Shown here: positions 34,996-48,630 of the stretch, one piece after another
Layout: each line of letters starts with the position of its first letter
How positions within the stretch are numbered: the stretch's first letter is position 1
Source of the DNA: Octopus sinensis
Lineage: Eukaryota
Direction of reading: 5' to 3'
Assembly (NCBI RefSeq): GCF_006345805.1
Contig: NC_043019.1
Location: forward strand, 1,612,001 to 1,676,000
DNA: 64,000 nt
Notes under the pieces: generated by a model
What the model was told of the DNA's origin: nothing
Databases searched by the model: none
What the model saw: the letters and a program-made list of their open reading frames with translations, nothing else
Made by a program: the position numbers and the translations under genes

Positions 34996-37166
34996 TTTAT
35001 ACATAGAATTGAAAACGAATAAATGTCAGCCGAATAAATCCCTTTTAGACAGATTTATGACATCTGATTTACGAAATGGCTTTCTTTTGTATAACTTTGA
35101 ATGTATATTTATATGTAGGTGACTCACAATATTCGCTCCGTTTCGCCGTCGTTTATATTTCTTTTCATTTGGTTCTCCGTCAGTGTTGTCGTTGTAGATA
35201 GTGTTTATAAATAGGTGAAATTTGGAATAAACTCGTGTGACCAGCGTTGCCTGTGGTGGTGGTTGTGCGGGAACAGTTTTTTCCACTGAGTAGCAAAAAG
35301 AATCATTGGAACAGTTGATATTTAGTTTATACGTCTTAGAAATAGAAATGTAACTTTCAGGTCGTAACACTACTAACATGAGTGCAGATGTGGAACTTAT
35401 TTTAAATTTTAGTTATAAACGTTAATGAAAGGAGAACGGATAACATGACTGGGCACTTTTGAAGTACCTGTACATATTGAGCAGAAAGGGGAAGGATGTA
35501 ACCAAAATGAAAATCTGGCCTGAAAGCTTACCTGGATTAATATTTGCTAGCGCTACCGAATAGCTTGACGGTGGTGTTACCATGGACGACGACTGAAATC
35601 AACTACTCAAAGAAAATGATTCTTCCATGGTCGTACTTCGACACAGAATCCCTGTATTTAAATTTTCATCATACGTCATTCTTCGAATAGTGGTTAGCTT
35701 ACAAAAGACAAACATTTTTTGTTAAATGTACTACACGTCGAAGCCTTTCGTTGCGAAGCGAATTAATTGCCAAAAGGTTGTTTCTGCGAAGGACTTAGAG
35801 CATGACACACAATAACAACAACGATATAGAGTGCTCAACAACGATATAGAGTGCTTCGTTTGGTATTCGGTGAAGCTGAAGTGCCACCGACTCTGAAAGA
35901 TTGTTTGTGAATGACCGGTTTCTTAATGAAAAACTGTGGTATGTAACCAGACCAACGGAACAAACCTCACTAGATTCACATAGACAATTGTGTCCGCCTC
36001 CTCCACACTCGTATTCATTAATTTAATTAGAAATGCCAATCAATATATGTAATTATATATTTGAAAAGAAAATATCGTTCGAAGTAATCTTTCCAGAATA
36101 TATTGTTTCATTACGGCGTATATGTAAATTAAGACAATACAAAAATATATGAACAAATATATATATTTTAATTATATAGAGTGAGAAGACAGAAATTGAG
36201 AAAATTGTCGCGAGTTTTACAATATGAAAATAAGTATAAAATATCTAACAACATTTTTCCACTTCTCACTTTACCTTCAGTAAAATTACTTGAAATGTCA
36301 TAAGACATTTCTTGGACGAGAATATAGGAATATTATAAGCATTGAACCAAACATCACACAAAATTTACAAGAACAAACATACATAGATTTAGATACGAAA
36401 CATATATATGACTGCATCAGTTAATTATACATGAAGCTTAGCACACCTCCACACTATCAACGGTGAAATGGAAGAATCCTGTAGTTTAATTATTCGTTAA
36501 AATATATGATTTCAAATATATCCACGCTAATTAATCCCTTCAAGTCTAATAGAAACCTGTTCAAAGTTTAAATATTTCTCTAATATGATTAAACTTAAAA
36601 GTAATTAAGATCTAATTTAAAACTTTTTTAATATAATTAAACTTAAAACTAATTCACAACTTATTTAAAACTTTCTACTAAATGATTAACCTTAAAAGTA
36701 ATAACTTATGATTCTAAATTTATTCATTCACGAATTTTCGCTAATATCTTTTCTCTAAATATTTTATATATGATTTGTGGGTACGACCTTTCTGTGTAAG
36801 TTTTCCGTATGAAGTTTTGCTACCGCATTTTACTGCATGTTTCGTTATAGTATTGGGTTCTATGCGAGGCGTTTTGTGGGTATTCATTTAAAAAGAATCG
36901 TATGAGTATAGTGTGGAATGTAGTAAACTATGTACGTCTAATTTCTCATTTGTACAATAGACGTCAGCTTGCGATAATCTAAACAGAATGATAACAGTAT
37001 CCGTCACACGGAGCTTGGAGGGCCATAAGCATAGCCACTTACTCCAAAATCAGACAAAAATACATTTTAAAATGAGAAATAAATTATATGATTATTTAAT
37101 GTTAAAATTCTTTGGTGGATTTTGCCGCACGCACACACACACACAACACACCACACACACACACAC

Positions 37167-37210
<44 letters not shown>

Positions 37211-37212
<2 letters not shown>

Positions 37213-37408
37213 TTCTTTATTGCCCACAAGGACAGATGAACGGATTAAGTCGATTACATCAACTCCAGTACGTAACTGGTACTTAATTTATCGACCCCGA
37301 AAGGATGAAAGGCAAAGTCGACCTCGGCGGAATTTGAACTCACAACGTAATGGCAGAAGAAATACGGCTACGCATTTCGCCCGGCGTGCTAACGTTTCTG
37401 CCAGCTCG
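37211..37408 (-). mobile_element. SINE family B monomer with internal deletion
   Basis: Deletion between two acaagg repeats near the tail. Confidence 0.85.
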
Positions 37409-37783
37409 ATATATATGCGCGTATGTGTATGAGTGTGTTGTTGCTGCGTGTGTACATGCAGATGTATTTGCCTTTCTACTCAATATTTCATTCATGGGCG
37501 CCGTCTAATGACTGAAACAAGATTAAGGTAAAAGATAAGCGGTAAGTGATGAAAGGCTGCCCAAAGTGTATTTCCCTTAAATGAAAGGCGAAAATATACG
37601 GTTGGAATGATTTCGATGAAAAATCTGTTCAGTGAAGGATTTCTGAGAATGAGGACCTAAACTAACAACAGATGATTCCTATTTCCAGTTATGGCAGTTC
37701 TTCGTTTCCGAAGCCAATAAGGAACAGCGGCCGACTACATGTAGCGTTGTGGCTACCAATATTCATACCTTTCAGTGCCTATC

Positions 37784-38023
37784 TGTTTCTTTATTGCCCA
37801 CAAGGGGCTAAACACAGAGGGGACAAACAAGGACAGACAAATGGATTAAGTCGATTACATCGAACCCAGTGCGTAACTGGTACTTAATTTATCGACCCCG
37901 AAAGGATGAAAAGCAAAGTCGACCTCGGCGGAATTTGAACTCAGAACGCAACGACAGACGCAATACCGCTAAGCATTTCGCCCGCTGTGCTAACGTTTCT
38001 GCCAGCTCGCCGCCTTAATAGAC
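37784..38023 (-). mobile_element. SINE family B monomer, 17-bp TSD (1 mismatch)
   Basis: acctttcagtgcctatc 37767-37783 / acctttcagtgtctatc 38024-38040. Confidence 0.92.
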
Positions 38024-40689
38024 ACCTTTCAGTGTCTATCGTCTTCGTCTCTTCTCCGTCGCTGTCGTAGGAATTTTCTTTCTGTCAGCATTTAGTAGTT
38101 TTAAAGTGAGTCAGTCCGGGCTCCCACTCTTTAAAATTGAAGGTCTGAAAACAATGGCTCAGTGAACTAAAACGGATGGGGTGACTAACAAGCTGTAGCT
38201 TTCTCATTAAAATAACCTCCTTCAAGGTGAACTGCCTTACAGAGCTGGTACCACTGTCTATACTGGATTTTCAGCATATTCTCCTAATATGCACCCAATG
38301 GAAAAAATGTGGCCCTTTCACCCATTTACAAAACTATTTAGGGTGTTTGCTTAATTTATCGTTAAATTAGAGAAATGTAGTGTCAGAACTGCTTGTTTTC
38401 TCAGCGCGCGATATTTAGTGCTTTTTTTAATTATTTATTTAATCTTTGCTTGTCATTTTGTGGTGACAGTTGTCAATAACCCTCTTCACGTTTGTTTAAG
38501 CTAAATTTAGTTCTGTAACTACAGAAGTAAAAATCTAAGATTACACCAACCAGTTTTGTTTAACCGAAATCTAAATATCTCATGGAAATGCGTTCACGTC
38601 AACGGAAATGATATTTCATCGTGCTTAAAATATTCAAACAGCGCAAAATTGGAAGAAAGCAAATTCGAGTAGGAGAATTAAAAATATTAATAAATATACT
38701 GAACACAACATCAGATATCGTTCAAAAGAATTGCGCAATAATCCAAGGAGGGAATTTTATAGTCCACCCTTGGCTTGTTAGAAATAGCAGCCAAGTTACA
38801 TGCTGTCTTTTGCGAAAGCAATACATTAGATAATGTAGTGTTAGTTATACTATGTGTGAAAAAGAACTATGAATGTTGTATAACTAAATATAGAACTTCT
38901 GAGAAATAACACGTTGAATAATGTTGACTTAGCTATACTATATCGGAAATACGTTGGTTAGTCTTTGTTGGAACACCAATTTATCGTAACCTGTCTGGAA
39001 ATGAATTTAGTTCATCAGAAGAATCCTTATGTCTGAATATCCATCCGAACAATCCTTAATCCTGCGTGCTCCTTCTACAGGATTTGTTCTCAACCAAGGT
39101 CTATATGACCATTTGGGGTCCATTCTAAGTATTGTTGCTAAAATATGTACCATAAATCGGTTATAATTCCACAATGCACAAACTAGTTTAACTAGTGTTT
39201 AATACAATTTCATATATCTAATTCTTAAAATACTATGGGATATTTTGGACATCGAATGACTACGAGGGTCCATACGAATATTCCTCACCCATTCAAGTTT
39301 AATATCCTCTCTCTTTAATTAAAATGCTAATCCATTTACAGAGTGCTTTCTGTTTCATAGATATAGAATAATTTCATAAGTAGGGGAGAGGTTTGGGTGT
39401 TTGGAAAAAGATAATGCGGTGGTGGAGCAGGTGAGTGAGTGGAAACAGTCAGTCACCTGACCCCACCTGAATTTACCTGAAAACTTAGTAGTCCAAATCT
39501 TGTCATTTTATGATTTATCGCCCTAGCTTATCCTGAATGACACGTTATCTTGTCAAAAGTCGGTGACGATGATAGATTATAAGAATTAAAGAAAGAAAGA
39601 AAGATGTGTGTGCGAAGGCAAGGAGTTGGAAAAATCATTATTGCATCAGAGCAATGCCTTGCTGTACTTGTTACGGTCCCTTACATTGTGAGTTCAAACA
39701 CTAACGAAGACAACTTCGTTTTTCTTCCTTCTGAGTTCAATGAAATACCATGCCAGTCAAGTACTGGAGTCCATGGTATCGACTATCCAAACCCTCTATC
39801 TTAAAATTTTTGTCATTGTGCCTATGTTACCGACCATATCAGAGAGAAAGCTGGTGTACGTATCGATAACTGCTTGGTCCCAAAGAGGGTATTTTGTTCA
39901 ATCCTTTTACTTGTACATTTGGGCATGTGCATTTTAACATAGACCAAATAGTTTAAAGTAATATTCTCTGAACAGAATCTGTGAAAACACGTAGTGTAAA
40001 CATCAAATTCGAATGTTGGCTGGTAAAATTCAACCTTGATGTTTCTTGGAGTGACATTTGCGAAGTCTTTTCTGTTAAAAACAAATGGACTAGGGCACCC
40101 ACCTGAGAATAAATTTATCCTTTGTCCCACATAATATCTGAGTTACTGGATATAGTTATGAGTAATGCAAATAAATATATAGAAACACAGACACAGGAGT
40201 GCGGAATATATTCTGTTGCTAGTGCCTTCTGCAAATACGATAACTTAATAAAAATGCGGGAAGATTTCAACCGCAATAATCTGATAATTCAGATAAAGCA
40301 TACAAGGTATCATACATATTTATGTTCGATCTTGTATAGATTCATGAACATCTGAACAGATATAAACATCATTTCCTACAACTAAAAGAAAAATTTCATG
40401 ACACTACCTTCCGTAGAAAAACTAGTGCGTTCCCTTTGGGAAATCATATCAAATCATATCAGGTAAAAAAAGAGAAAATCCCAAACGCTATTTACAACTT
40501 TTCTTCTGTGGACACAGAAACCCTGCACATGAAATGAAGCTATATCTATGAAACAGAACGCGCTCTCTAACAGGATTAGCATTTTAATTAAGGAGAGTGG
40601 GTATTAATCTTAAGACAAATACATAAAAACATACATTCATGCACATGCACGCTAACACAAACACATACACACACGCACACTTGCACAGA

Positions 40690-40737
40690 CTCACATATAC
40701 ATACATATATATATATAACATATATATGTATATATAA

Positions 40738-40774
<37 letters not shown>

Positions 40775-40983
40775 ATATATACCATATATACCATATATAT
40801 AATATATATATATAACCATCTATATATATATATATATATATAATATATATATATACATATATATGTATATATAATAATATATATATGTATATTATATAGT
40901 ATAATATATATATATTATATATATGTATGTATATATATACGTATATTTCTATATGTATATGTATATATGTATGTATATTATAT

Positions 40984-41019
<36 letters not shown>

Positions 41020-41050
41020 ATGTATGTATGTATAAATATATATGAATTAT
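40690..41050. repeat. Long degenerate (TA)n tract; similar tracts at 32150-32670, 33441-33860, 41740-42070, 63450-63760
   Basis: Direct reading. Confidence 0.9.
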
Positions 41051-41137
41051 ATAATGAGGTCAGAAATTAATATTATTAAATAATATCAATTTAAACCAGT
41101 GGCCTAGCATACTTCAAAATATCCGAAGATTTTATAT

Positions 41138-41178
<41 letters not shown>

Positions 41179-41360
41179 TGAAATAGCCACCAAGGTGGAT
41201 TCCTACTATGCTAGAATAAGACGCTAATTCGCCTTACCACGAATATGTTCTCAAAAACTTAAGCAAACGCCAGAATGTATGCGAGAAAGACAAACGAAAT
41301 AGAGCAATTAACTCCTTACCTTAAGATTTTGATATCAATGATCACTAATATGATCTTCCG

Positions 41361-41510
41361 TAGATCTTCAGTGAAGTAGCTTCAAGATACATAATCCGCC
41401 GAACTTGATCCAAAACGTCCTCGCTACAGCGAACGTCCTCACTGCATTCATAAAGTTGCACCAATTATGTCTTAGTTTCTTATTTTTTAACTTCCATCAC
41501 TGAAGATCTA
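41361..41510. repeat. Imperfect inverted repeat
   Basis: tagatcttcagtga...aagatacataat vs attatgtctt...tcactgaagatcta. Confidence 0.6.
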
Positions 41511-41772
41511 AGGATACTCACAAATGTGAACGTTCATAGCGAAATCATAATGTATGGAGCTAAATGGTCTATTTTGTCTCCTTTCATTTGTCTTGCTCGC
41601 ATACCTTCTGGCGTTTGCTAAAGGTCTTCAGAATATATTCTTCGTGGTGAGGCAATTTGGTGCCTTTATCATATTAGGAATGCATGTTGGTGGCTATTCC
41701 TCTTATTCATATATATATATAGACACATACACATATAAATATATGTATATACAAATATATATATATACATTC

Positions 41773-41810
<38 letters not shown>

Positions 41811-41946
41811 TGTGTGTGTGTGTGTGTGTATATTTATTTATATGTAAATATATATATAATATATATATATAATATATATTTATATATATAAATACATATA
41901 TTTATGTGTAGAATATATATATATATGTACATATGTATATATATAT

Positions 41947-41979
<33 letters not shown>

Positions 41980-42072
41980 TATTATAATATATGTATATAT
42001 ATATATATATATATGTATTATATATATATATATATTATATATATATATAATATATATATATATAATATTATA

Positions 42073-42306
42073 TTCGAGAACAAAAAAACCACTATTTAAA
42101 ACCAAACAAGGAAAGACTTAATCAATACATAAAATTTTAATATACTTCAAAATTTGATACTGATTAGGAGATCGAAAATCCACCTGAAGATTGTCGGTAG
42201 CAGACATGAAACATTTGTAGTGGCGGTTTATTTAATTTATATTAAAATTTTATGTATTGATTAAGTCTTTCCTTGTTTGGTTTTAAAATAGTGGTTTTGT
42301 CTCGAA
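42073..42306. mobile_element. TA-flanked foldback (~70-bp arms) with a hammerhead in its loop
   Basis: Arms 42073-42144 / 42238-42306 nearly perfect. Confidence 0.85.
42180..42223 (+). ncRNA. Minimal type I hammerhead ribozyme; predicted GUA cleavage after 42219
   Basis: Stem I ccac/gtgg; CUGAAGA 42184-42190; u-tgtc/gaca-u; GAAA 42208-42211; C-AUUU-G; UA. Confidence 0.72.
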
Positions 42307-42396
42307 TTATATTATATAATATTTTACTATAAAATTGGATTTAACCCTAATATCTGATTTTTTTCCTGTAATTTTGGATTCATTCCCTATATTTAT

Positions 42397-42446
<50 letters not shown>

Positions 42447-42472
42447 CATTATACATATATCATTATATATAT

Positions 42473-42507
<35 letters not shown>

Positions 42508-42931
42508 CTGAAGACCATAATGAAGAGCGAAAACCTTTCAACGGCGCACTTGGAGTGAGCGTTAATTGTTCTGGCGCAAATAGGGCATATATGTTGGCTT
42601 TGGGCATTCTGACGATAAAACTTTTCTTCATAATCGTTTCTCATTCTTCACGGTTGCACTAGCCAACGTAAATTTGCATGCCGCGCTTTAGTGTAGTCTT
42701 GCCACTTCTTCCTCGGTGCTGCCACTCGCGGTCACTGCCACACTATTTGAAAAGGTGAGTGGGTTGCAAATTCGTAGTCACTATCAACCATTTACTCGTA
42801 AAAATGCAGTAAATATTTTCTTTAGTAAAAAAGGATTAATTCATCAGAAGCTGATCGAATTGTCTTATATACGTAGCGTCAAGCACACATACACATACAC
42901 TCACAAATACACACACATATACACACACTCA

Positions 42932-42983
<52 letters not shown>

Positions 42984-43093
42984 CTTATATATACATATAT
43001 ATGCATATATATATATATATATATCTATATATATATATATACATCTATATGCGTATATATATATACATATATATGCACATATATAGAGAGAAT

Positions 43094-43126
<33 letters not shown>

Positions 43127-43698
43127 TTACGTATATGTTCATATGCATATGAACATATATACAGATATATGTAGATATATGCGTGTATGAATACATATAT
43201 ATGTATATATACATACACATATATATATATATATACATACATATATATATACATATAAAGTGTGTGAGAGTGATATATTGGTGTGCTTATGTATCTGTCT
43301 GTGTGTTTGCGCACGCGTGCCCGCTTACGTGCGTGTGTGAAATTCTTCCTTCTCTAATACGCATTTGTATTAATTAAGATGCTAATCAACCTACAAATTG
43401 CATCCTCTTTAATAGATATAGAATTAATTCCCCTGTGATTGTTCAGTGTCCAGGTAAGAAAATTAGTAAATTCCTTTAGGAAATGTTCTTTTGTGAATCA
43501 TGTTTTGAACCGATTCCCCAAGGGGCACAAACTACTTTTATCATGAAAAGAAACTTCATGTTAAATTTCCTTTTTATTGATATAAAGTCTATTTTTTATC
43601 TGTTCAGAATGTTAACTAAGCAACAAGAGATCTAACTCGAACATACATATTATATTGAGATATTAAATGTTTTATAGTGCATTAGAATTTGGAAACGA

Positions 43699-44183
43699 CT
43701 TTGCAAATATAAGGACGCAGAAAATGTGTCGAAGCCGACAGAAAACGTCGATGTTTCCTTGGGCTAAATGGCGGTGGTGTAATTCCTTTACGGGACTGTC
43801 ACGTTGTGGTGACAGTATGCAACCACTGTATCGCTCCACCACCGCTCTTGTCTCTCTGAGAAATTTAGAAATTCAATATTTCTAATTTCGCTGATCAGTA
43901 AATAAATTTTACTGAAAATATGATATATTTGCGAAGAGATTGCAGTCATCTCAGCGAGCGAGACTGACTACCCTGGACTGATGACGAGCAATACACTCAG
44001 AAACATATGTCTTCAGGTGCTTAGTCCCAGCTGGCGGGGATGATTCCCCCCCCTTTGCAAATATAAGGACACGGAAAATGCGTCAAAGCCGACAGGAAAA
44101 GTCGATGTTTCCTAGGGCTAAATAGCGGTGTTGAAATTCCCGTACGGGACTGTCACGTTGAGTTGTCAGTATACAACCACTAT
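43699..44183 (+). repeat. Partial tandem repeat, period 354 bp (about 1.4 units), containing a hammerhead; ends in (TA)n
   Basis: ctttgcaaatataaggac...caaccact at 43699 and 44053; visibly diverged copies. Confidence 0.85.
43972..44017 (+). ncRNA. Minimal type I hammerhead ribozyme; predicted GUC cleavage after 44011
   Basis: Stem I cctgga/ttcagg (6 bp, one GU); CUGAUGA 43978-43984; c-gag/ctc-a; GAAA 44000-44003; C-AUAU-G palindrome; UC. Confidence 0.82.
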
Positions 44184-44199
44184 ATATATATAAAGAAAG

Positions 44200-44272
44200 A
44201 AAGATAGGTAGATAGATAGATAGATAGATAGATAGGTAGGTAGATAGATAGATAGATAGATAGATAGATATA
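44200..44272. repeat. (GATA)n microsatellite
   Basis: Direct reading. Confidence 0.9.
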
Positions 44273-45119
44273 CCTAAATGGATTCGAATGGGAACAGGTT
44301 TTTCTTTCTCGGGGATGCATTTCATCTAATCGTACACCAGTTTTGCTTTATATCATTTAATTGTACTGGAATTTGTTAATTTGTGTTAGCATTAGTGTTT
44401 TTGGTTCTTCGTACTTTACACATTCGAATTTCCATTTGTTGTTATAGATGTTTTCATCTGTCTGATATAGAAGAACAGAATTTCAATATTATAATATAAA
44501 GAAAGTCTATGAAAAAGAATGTCAAATCTCTCGATGAAAGGGGACAATTTTAAACATAATGTCGACTGTTATTACTTAACACTAAGTAAGGGAGGATATA
44601 AAGCAGAAATTAAAATATTATGGACTAAAGGAAAACATTAAATTGGTATTTACCCAAATGAGAGTTCAAATACAGGAAAATGAACATAAGGATAAAATGA
44701 TTACAAATGAAATTCGATATAAAATAGATAAAAATAGCAAAAACACTAAGAAACAAATAGAAAGACAACGCATATAACAAAGATAGAAACTGCGAGGATC
44801 TAATGAAATTTGTAAATAATGGAATAGAAAGAAGGCCAAAATAATAATGAAAATTGTGACTACTTAAATAAAAACATAAATAGGATAGGATTTAACAAAA
44901 AGGGTTGAAATTGAGAACCTAAACATTCCTAACAATTCTGTAACACAATACACTCCATGTATACATGTAATTAACCTCCAGAAAAATTACTCTATAAAAG
45001 AATTACTATGAAAATATTATAGTATGGTTCATAATACCATTTGCAAAACAAATTAGAACCAATATCGTAAAATTCGGGGGGAAAAATATAAGAAAATATC
45101 GTGAATTTTATTTAATTCT

Positions 45120-45337
45120 TTTGCAGGAAGGACTGCCTCGACCGGATAGTGTTCTGTCCTTACCTTCGAAACACGCATTGAGTCGAACCAGGGGCAGCTG
45201 ATGAAGGGTAATATTCCTTGTATTGTTTGTCTTGTACTCTGTTTTTCGTTGTTAAAAAAAGTCCGTTTCCTAGTTTGTTTTTATGTTTTCGTTTCTCGTT
45301 GTGTTCTACGTTTATTTGTGGTGTCCTGTACTCATAT
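45120..45337 (+). mobile_element. Family P2 copy
   Basis: Homologous to the reverse complement of 12503-12730; ends in (TA)n. Confidence 0.55.
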
Positions 45338-45619
45338 ATATATATATATATATTTAAATAATGAGGGAGATAAATTAACATTAATTTTAATATCAATTTA
45401 AAACCAGTAGTCCAGCATACAAACAATCTGAGAAGTCAGAGAAAATTCTAATATATGTGTATATTGGCAGGGCTTTATATAAATTTTCATCTGTCCTGCC
45501 CGCCAAATTTGGTTCTGGTGTTCGCTGAATTTTTCCTCTAGAGAATTCCTTTGTAGTTTGATCGTTGATGATCTGTTTCTAGCATACGGCCGACTTCCTA
45601 GCAGTCAAGCCCTGCCAAT

Positions 45620-45735
<116 letters not shown>

Positions 45736-45796
45736 TGTATATATACATATAGATGTAGGTACGTACATATATGTATGTATGTATGCATATATTTTA

Positions 45797-45827
<31 letters not shown>

Positions 45828-46074
45828 CCGAGAGAGAGAAAAAGAGAGGGATGACTATATACCAATTCACATACATGTAATTAATATTCAAACATATTCC
45901 TGAGAAGAGACGGAAAATTGACTGGTGAGATAAGAGAAGCGGAATTCATAACAGGAACGCGGATATATTTCTAATTTCCTTTGTTTACACAAACACACAC
46001 ACACCTGCTCTCTCTCTCACACACACACACGCATGTATGCATATACATATATTTACACGCGAACGATGCATTAT

Positions 46075-46302
46075 AGCTGTGGAGTAAGACGTTTGCTACC
46101 TACGCCTATGGCTATGGGTTCAGTCCACTGCGTGGCGTCTTGGTGAAGAGAGATTAGGCAGACAAAAATCTAAAAGAATACATACATATAGATAAACATG
46201 GTTTTGTTTTGTTCACGTTGCAGTAAACTAGCGCTTCAGCAAAGGAGGCTGATTGAAAATCTCTAAAGATAATCTCGGTTTAATGACTGAAACAAGTAAA
46301 AG

Positions 46303-46304
<2 letters not shown>
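46075..46304 (+). mobile_element. SINE family C, old internally deleted copy
   Basis: gggttcagtccactgcgtggc head and taatgactgaaacaagtaaaaga tail. Confidence 0.55.
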
Positions 46305-46337
<33 letters not shown>

Positions 46338-46420
46338 AATATAGAATGAATTTTGTTTTTCAGAAAAAAAATTTCAACAAGAATCAGTAGCATATTAAAA
46401 TACCGTTAAAGGTTAAAATT

Positions 46421-46632
46421 ATAAACAATTTATAAAACAAGGGCAAAAGAAAAATTATTTCCATGCCACAATTTAAAAAACAAAGTTCTGTTGACTAGCT
46501 TCCCCGATTTCAGCACCACGTATATTTATAATCAGTGTATAATTATATGTGGAGATTGACGACTTAAAGTCTGTTATCAGCATATTGGCATGGAAATAAT
46601 TTTTCTTTTGCCCTTGTTTATAAGTTGGTTAT
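46421..46632. repeat. Foldback, family P4 copy 1
   Basis: tataaaacaagggcaaaagaaaaattatttccatgcca inverted at 46586-46622. Confidence 0.8.
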
Positions 46633-47060
46633 ATATATGTATATATATATAGTCAATCAAAATATCCTTTGAGAATAAAGTGTACTGGATTTCACATAAG
46701 TGCTCTTGATATAAAAAATATCTAAAAGCCTAAGGTATTTAGAGATTCAATTTGAACGATTATATATTAAAGAGTAAAAGTAGGAAAAATAATATCATAA
46801 AAATCACTGTATAGATACGTCCATAATATAAACAATATTGTATTAATAAATAAATATATAAGGTATAACTATGATATTTTTTTTATATTTGAGAGATCTT
46901 ACTATTATTCCATGATTATACTACTTTTCGAAATGGATTCAAAGTTCTGAAAACTTATTGATTACATCCCTAAAAGGAAAGGAATTATGGTTCTTCTACT
47001 TACACACAGCCATTACGGATTCTTACAAAGCATTTTACCATGGAGTTACTCTTTTCTCCT

Positions 47061-47438
47061 TACTCTTTTACTCTTTTACCAGTTTCGGTCATTTGACTGC
47101 GGCCATGCTGGAGCACCGCCTTTAATCGAGCAACTCGACCCCGGGACTTATTCTTTTGTAAGCCCAGTACTTATTCTAACGGGGATATAAGCACACCAGC
47201 ATCGGTTGTCAAGCAATGCTAGAGGACAAACACAGACACACAAACACACATACGCATATATATATATGTATATACGACGGGCTTCTTTCAGTTTCCGTCT
47301 ACCAAATCCACTCACAAGGCATTGGTCGGCCCGGGGCTATAGCAGAAGACACTCGCCCAAGATGCCACGCAGTGGGACTGAACCTGGAACCATGTGGTTG
47401 GTTAGCAAGCTACTTACCACACACCCACTCCTGCGCCT
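47061..47438 (-). mobile_element. SINE family C, near full length
   Basis: Head ends ...cactcctgcgcct; tail tactcttttactctttt. Confidence 0.9.
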
Positions 47439-47869
47439 GTTATATTATTTTTTCAAAATTTTTTGCCCAAATTTATACTAGTACATTTTTATACCAATAA
47501 CGTTTTAAATACATACTATATGATTTTAAATAGCATCTATATCATTTGATTTACTACACTGAAATTAAACATTTTCTCTGACGAGTGGATATACTTCCTA
47601 ATTATGCTTATCAACTTTGGATCTCATTTCAAGTTATAGTTTAATCATGAAATGATCGTAAGATCTCTGAAATATTTTGTAAAAATCATAGTTGTATTTT
47701 ATGTTTATTTATTTATAACATATTGTTTATATTATAGACGTATCTCTACTGAGACTTTTGCGATACATTTTTTCCTAATTTTACTCTCTAATATATCTGT
47801 GTTTTTATGTACATAACTTTGCATACATTTTGTACGTGTGTCTTATGTATAAGTGTATGCGTGTTTGTG

Positions 47870-48630
47870 TGGGTTTTTGTGCGTGTGTGTATTTGTGTCT
47901 GTATGTGTTTTTGTGTGTGTTTGTGTGTATGTGTGTATTTGTGTGTATGTGTGTGTTTGTGTGTATGTGTGTGTTTGTGTGTATGTGTGTGTTTGTGTGT
48001 ATGTGTGTGTTTGTGTGTATGTGTGTGTTTGTGTGTATGTGTGTGTTTGTGTGTATGTGTGTGTTTGTGTGTATGTGTGTGTTTGTGTGTATGTGTGTGT
48101 TTGTGTGTATGCGTGTGTTTGTGTGTATGTGTGTGTTGTGTGTATGTGTGTGTTTGTGTGTATGTGTGTGTTTGTGTGTATGTGTGTGTTGTGTGTATGC
48201 GTGTGTTGTGTGTATGTGTGTGTTGTGTGTATGCGTGTGTTTGTGTGTATGTGTGTGTTTGTGTGTATGGTGTGTTTTGTGTGTATTGTGTGTTTGTGTG
48301 TATGTGTTGTGTTTTGTGTGTATGTGTGTATTTGTGTGTATGTGTGTGTTTGTGTGTATGTGTGTGTTTGTGTGTATGTGTGTGTTTGTGTGTATGTGTG
48401 TGTTTGTGTGTATGTGTGTGTTTGTGTGTATGCGTGTGTTTGTGTGTATGTGTGTGTTTTGTGTATGTGTGTGTTTGTGTGTATGTGTGTATTTGTGTGT
48501 ATGTGTGTGTTTGTGTGTATGTGTGTATTTGTGTTTTTGTGTGTGCTTGTGTGTATGTGTGTGTTTGTGTGTATGTGCCTGTATGTGTTTTTGTGTGTGT
48601 TTGTCTGTATGTGTGTGTTTGTGTGTGTGG
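47870..48630. repeat. 18-bp minisatellite (tgtgtgtttgtgtgtatg)n derived from TG repeats
   Basis: About 40 units with a long homogeneous run at about 47940-48130. Confidence 0.9.

Noticed and set aside
35026-35680. 117-aa minus-strand ORF and a possible minus-strand exon ending CAG|GTAAGC near 35530
   Set aside because: No recognisable domain, weak acceptor and no partner exons
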